DNA of 63,803 bases, the filler included, from Hausera hauseri (Eukaryota): the NCBI GenBank assembly GCA_046269625.1. It is 11 parts of 11 records of this genome, joined end to end, with 100 filler letters (N's around TTAATTAATTAA, not from the genome) between each part and the next. Parts side by side here need not be neighbours in the genome. Positions count along the whole stretch, not along the records: positions 57,707 to 63,803 come from JBJURY010140982.1; 10 more parts are not named here. One strand, written 5' to 3'. Both the position numbers and the translations under genes were made by a program. Under the pieces are notes generated by a model. It was not told where the DNA came from and made no database searches. It saw only the letters and a program-made list of their open reading frames with translations. Of this stretch, positions 61,221 to 63,803 are shown in pieces; the stretch's first letter is position 1; every line of letters starts with the position of its first letter.

Positions 61221-63803
61221 TACTGCCGTTACGACACCTTTCGGCTTTTGCGAATACATTTTTATGCCTTTTGGTTTACGCAACGCTGCACAGATTTTCC
61301 AACGTCAGATCGATTCCATCCTCTCGGATTTCACTTTCGCGCATCCATATATCGACGATATCTTGATTGCTTCGTCTTCAACTAAACAGCATGAGGGACA
61401 CCTTCTTTCTATTTTCCAACAACTTAACCACCATAATTTACAATTTAATTTTGCGAAATGGCACTTCTTCCAAAAGCGTATTAACTTTCTCGGACACATC
61501 ATTTCATCAAATGGTCATTCACCTCAGCCAGAACGAGTTGAAGATCTCAAAAGTATACAATTACCTCGAACAACAACAGAAATGAGGAGCTTTTTAGGAA
61601 CTTTGCACTTCGTTCACAAGTATGTGCCGTACTGCTCTGAACTTACCGCACCACTTGCTCACTTAAGCGACGGCAAAAAACATTAGCCAATCCAGTGGAC
61701 ACCTGACATGGTTGATAAGTTTGATAAGCTGTGCAGAGGAAATAAAACCGTCGACATTCTCGCTTTTCCCAGGCCTGATGCGGAACTGATCCTTACTACA
61801 AGCGCTTCAACCATCGCGGAAGGTGCTGTGCTTTACCAAATACACAAAGGAGACAATCAACAGCTAGAATTTTTCTCTCGTAAGCTAACATCCCCTGAAA
61901 CTAGATATTCGTACTCGCTTTAAAGCTTTTCTCCCACCTACTTGTCGCTCGGCGTTTTACCATACAGACCAATCACAAGCCCTTGCTAAACATCATGGCT
62001 ATGAAACATCCTTCCTCACGCCAAGAACGACAGATATTATATTTGTCGACATTTAACTTTGACATAAGACATATTAACGGGGTTAATAATTTAGTTGCCG
62101 ATTTCTTATCTAGGACCGTTGGTTTCATTAATATTTACCAATCTTCTCTCAAATACAACTTCAACAGAACCAGACACCTCAGAACATGATTAATTATTTT
62201 AAGTCTTGCACAATTGTTGACGGCGTGGCTTTAGACACTTCCAAACCAGGTCATTCCGTAATAATTCTCGCACCACCTTTACAACGGCAAGCGTTTAACG
62301 GTGTACATTCGCTACACCATCCTGGCGCTAAGGCCACTTTTCGTTTACTCCATCGAAAAGTACTTTGGCCGTCAATGCATTTTGATCTGCAAGCGTGGGT
62401 TAAGAAGTGCGTGGCTTGCCAGAAATTTAAAACCACCAAAGATTTGAAGCCACCACTATATCATTTCCCTTGCATATCACGTTTCGAGTCTGTTTATGTT
62501 GATATCGTTGGCTGTCTTCCTCTGCAACGGCCATCACTTCATCTTGACCACGATGGATCGTTCCTCACGTTGGCCAAAAGCTGACCCCCTACGGAGCACT
62601 AACACGGACACAATAGCCGACGTTTTCATACGCACTTGGATAAGCAGATTTGGGTCCCCTAGATTCATTATTACGGATCAAGGTACTCAGTTTGAGTCCA
62701 ATTTGTTTAAATCTCTCGTTAACCGATTACGAATCAGCCATATACACACATCACAGTTTCACCGTCCACAGAACAATAAAAACGTCATTGAGAATCCTCA
62801 CAAAATCCAATAGCAGTTGGACTACTCTTCTTCCGTTGGTTCTCCTGGGTTGGCGTAACACCCCTGCTACTTCTACTGGTTGTTCACCTACGGAAGCCCT
62901 CTTCGAAACACCTGTACGTTCATTATTTGAGTTAACTGCCTTGGAAGATACACCTACAGACTAAGCTATCCGAACAGCACAAAATCACTTTGCCTCAGTC
63001 AGTAAATATTCATTCTGCAGGATCATAAATAACAATAAAACGTACCTACCGGAGAATTTATATTTGGCAAAGTTTATCTGACTGAGAAACCAGACTCCGT
63101 GCAGTTTTCAACCACGGTATTTGGGGCCCTACAAACTCGTTCAACTGCATTCCCACAATGCCATTATTTCTAAAGACGGTAAGGAACTAGCGGTGCATAT
63201 TAGCAACGTTAAGCCTGCTTTTTTCGTAAATGATACCCTCTCCCAAATTGAATATTCTACCCCATTTTGACTCCTCCACCTTTTCCTCCTTCGGTTCCCC
63301 CACCACCTGCACCCATTTCCATGCCGACTCCTATTTCTACTTCTCTATTAGAACCTCCACCAAGCTCCAATTTTACTACCCTAACAACTTTTACTTCCTC
63401 TTCTATTACATCTTATCCTCCATCTCCTTCTTCGCTCTTGTACGACACAACACCTAACACAACCAAATCCGACTTTGTTGTATCTCAATCACCTCAACAA
63501 GCAGGTTCAAAGGCATTGAAAATTCACAAATCTGTCACATTTAGTGCCTACAGTAAGGAGATTAACACTGAAGGAGTACAACGTCTTACCAACACGAAGA
63601 TCATTTAAACAGCCTGCATCGTTTCTACCCATTTTCTAATTTCTTACCTTGATAGTTTTTGCTTTGCCACGGGGGGGAATGATGTTGTGTCCCACAAGAC
63701 TTTTTAAATACACCGTTATTGTGTTCCTCATTTGTCGTTATTTGTTTGTAATTGTCGACGAATTGATGCGCTTTTGCTGTCTTTATCTCATAGTGCCAGA
63801 ATA
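61221..63803 (+). mobile_element. 5'-truncated CsRn1-like gypsy copy B with PPT and partial 3' LTR (from 63683)
   Basis: Same domain order as copy A; GCCACGGGGGGGAATGA then TGTTGT at 63683. Confidence 0.92.

Overview
This is not one locus. It is 11 short contigs joined by artificial 100-nt spacers (44 N + TTAATTAATTAA + 44 N), plus one internal 171-N gap. Contigs: 1-10472, 10573-16317, 16418-21889, 21990-27618, 27719-32339, 32440-37932, 38033-42099, 42200-47129, 47230-51400, 51501-57606, 57707-63803. The DNA is eukaryotic (animal), mostly AT-rich, and dominated by decayed mobile elements: CsRn1-like Ty3/gypsy retrotransposons, a much larger Ty3/gypsy element, Polinton/Maverick-type pPolB elements with AG-starting termini, a maT (DD37D-type) Tc1/mariner, LINE fragments and a ~210-bp satellite. 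Host-type sequence comprises an intact, intron-free 6.2-kb piece of cytoplasmic dynein-1 heavy chain joined to a decayed NAA15 fragment, and GC-rich vertebrate-like pieces (an MPP5/PALS1 exon). This points to mixed organisms or chimeric contigs. Three observations stand out. (1) Two diverged CsRn1-like elements both encode a ubiquitin-like domain ending R-x-R-G-G fused directly to the N-terminus of Gag. (2) A large gypsy element carries, between a tRNA-Met primer-binding site and gag, a train of RING/zinc-finger genes and a BIR-BIR-RING IAP. (3) Each of those cargo exons follows a splice acceptor in the same phase (phase 1), and most end near AATAAA, suggesting one leader spliced to alternative terminal exons. 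All protein calls come from manual motif recognition; no database search was run.
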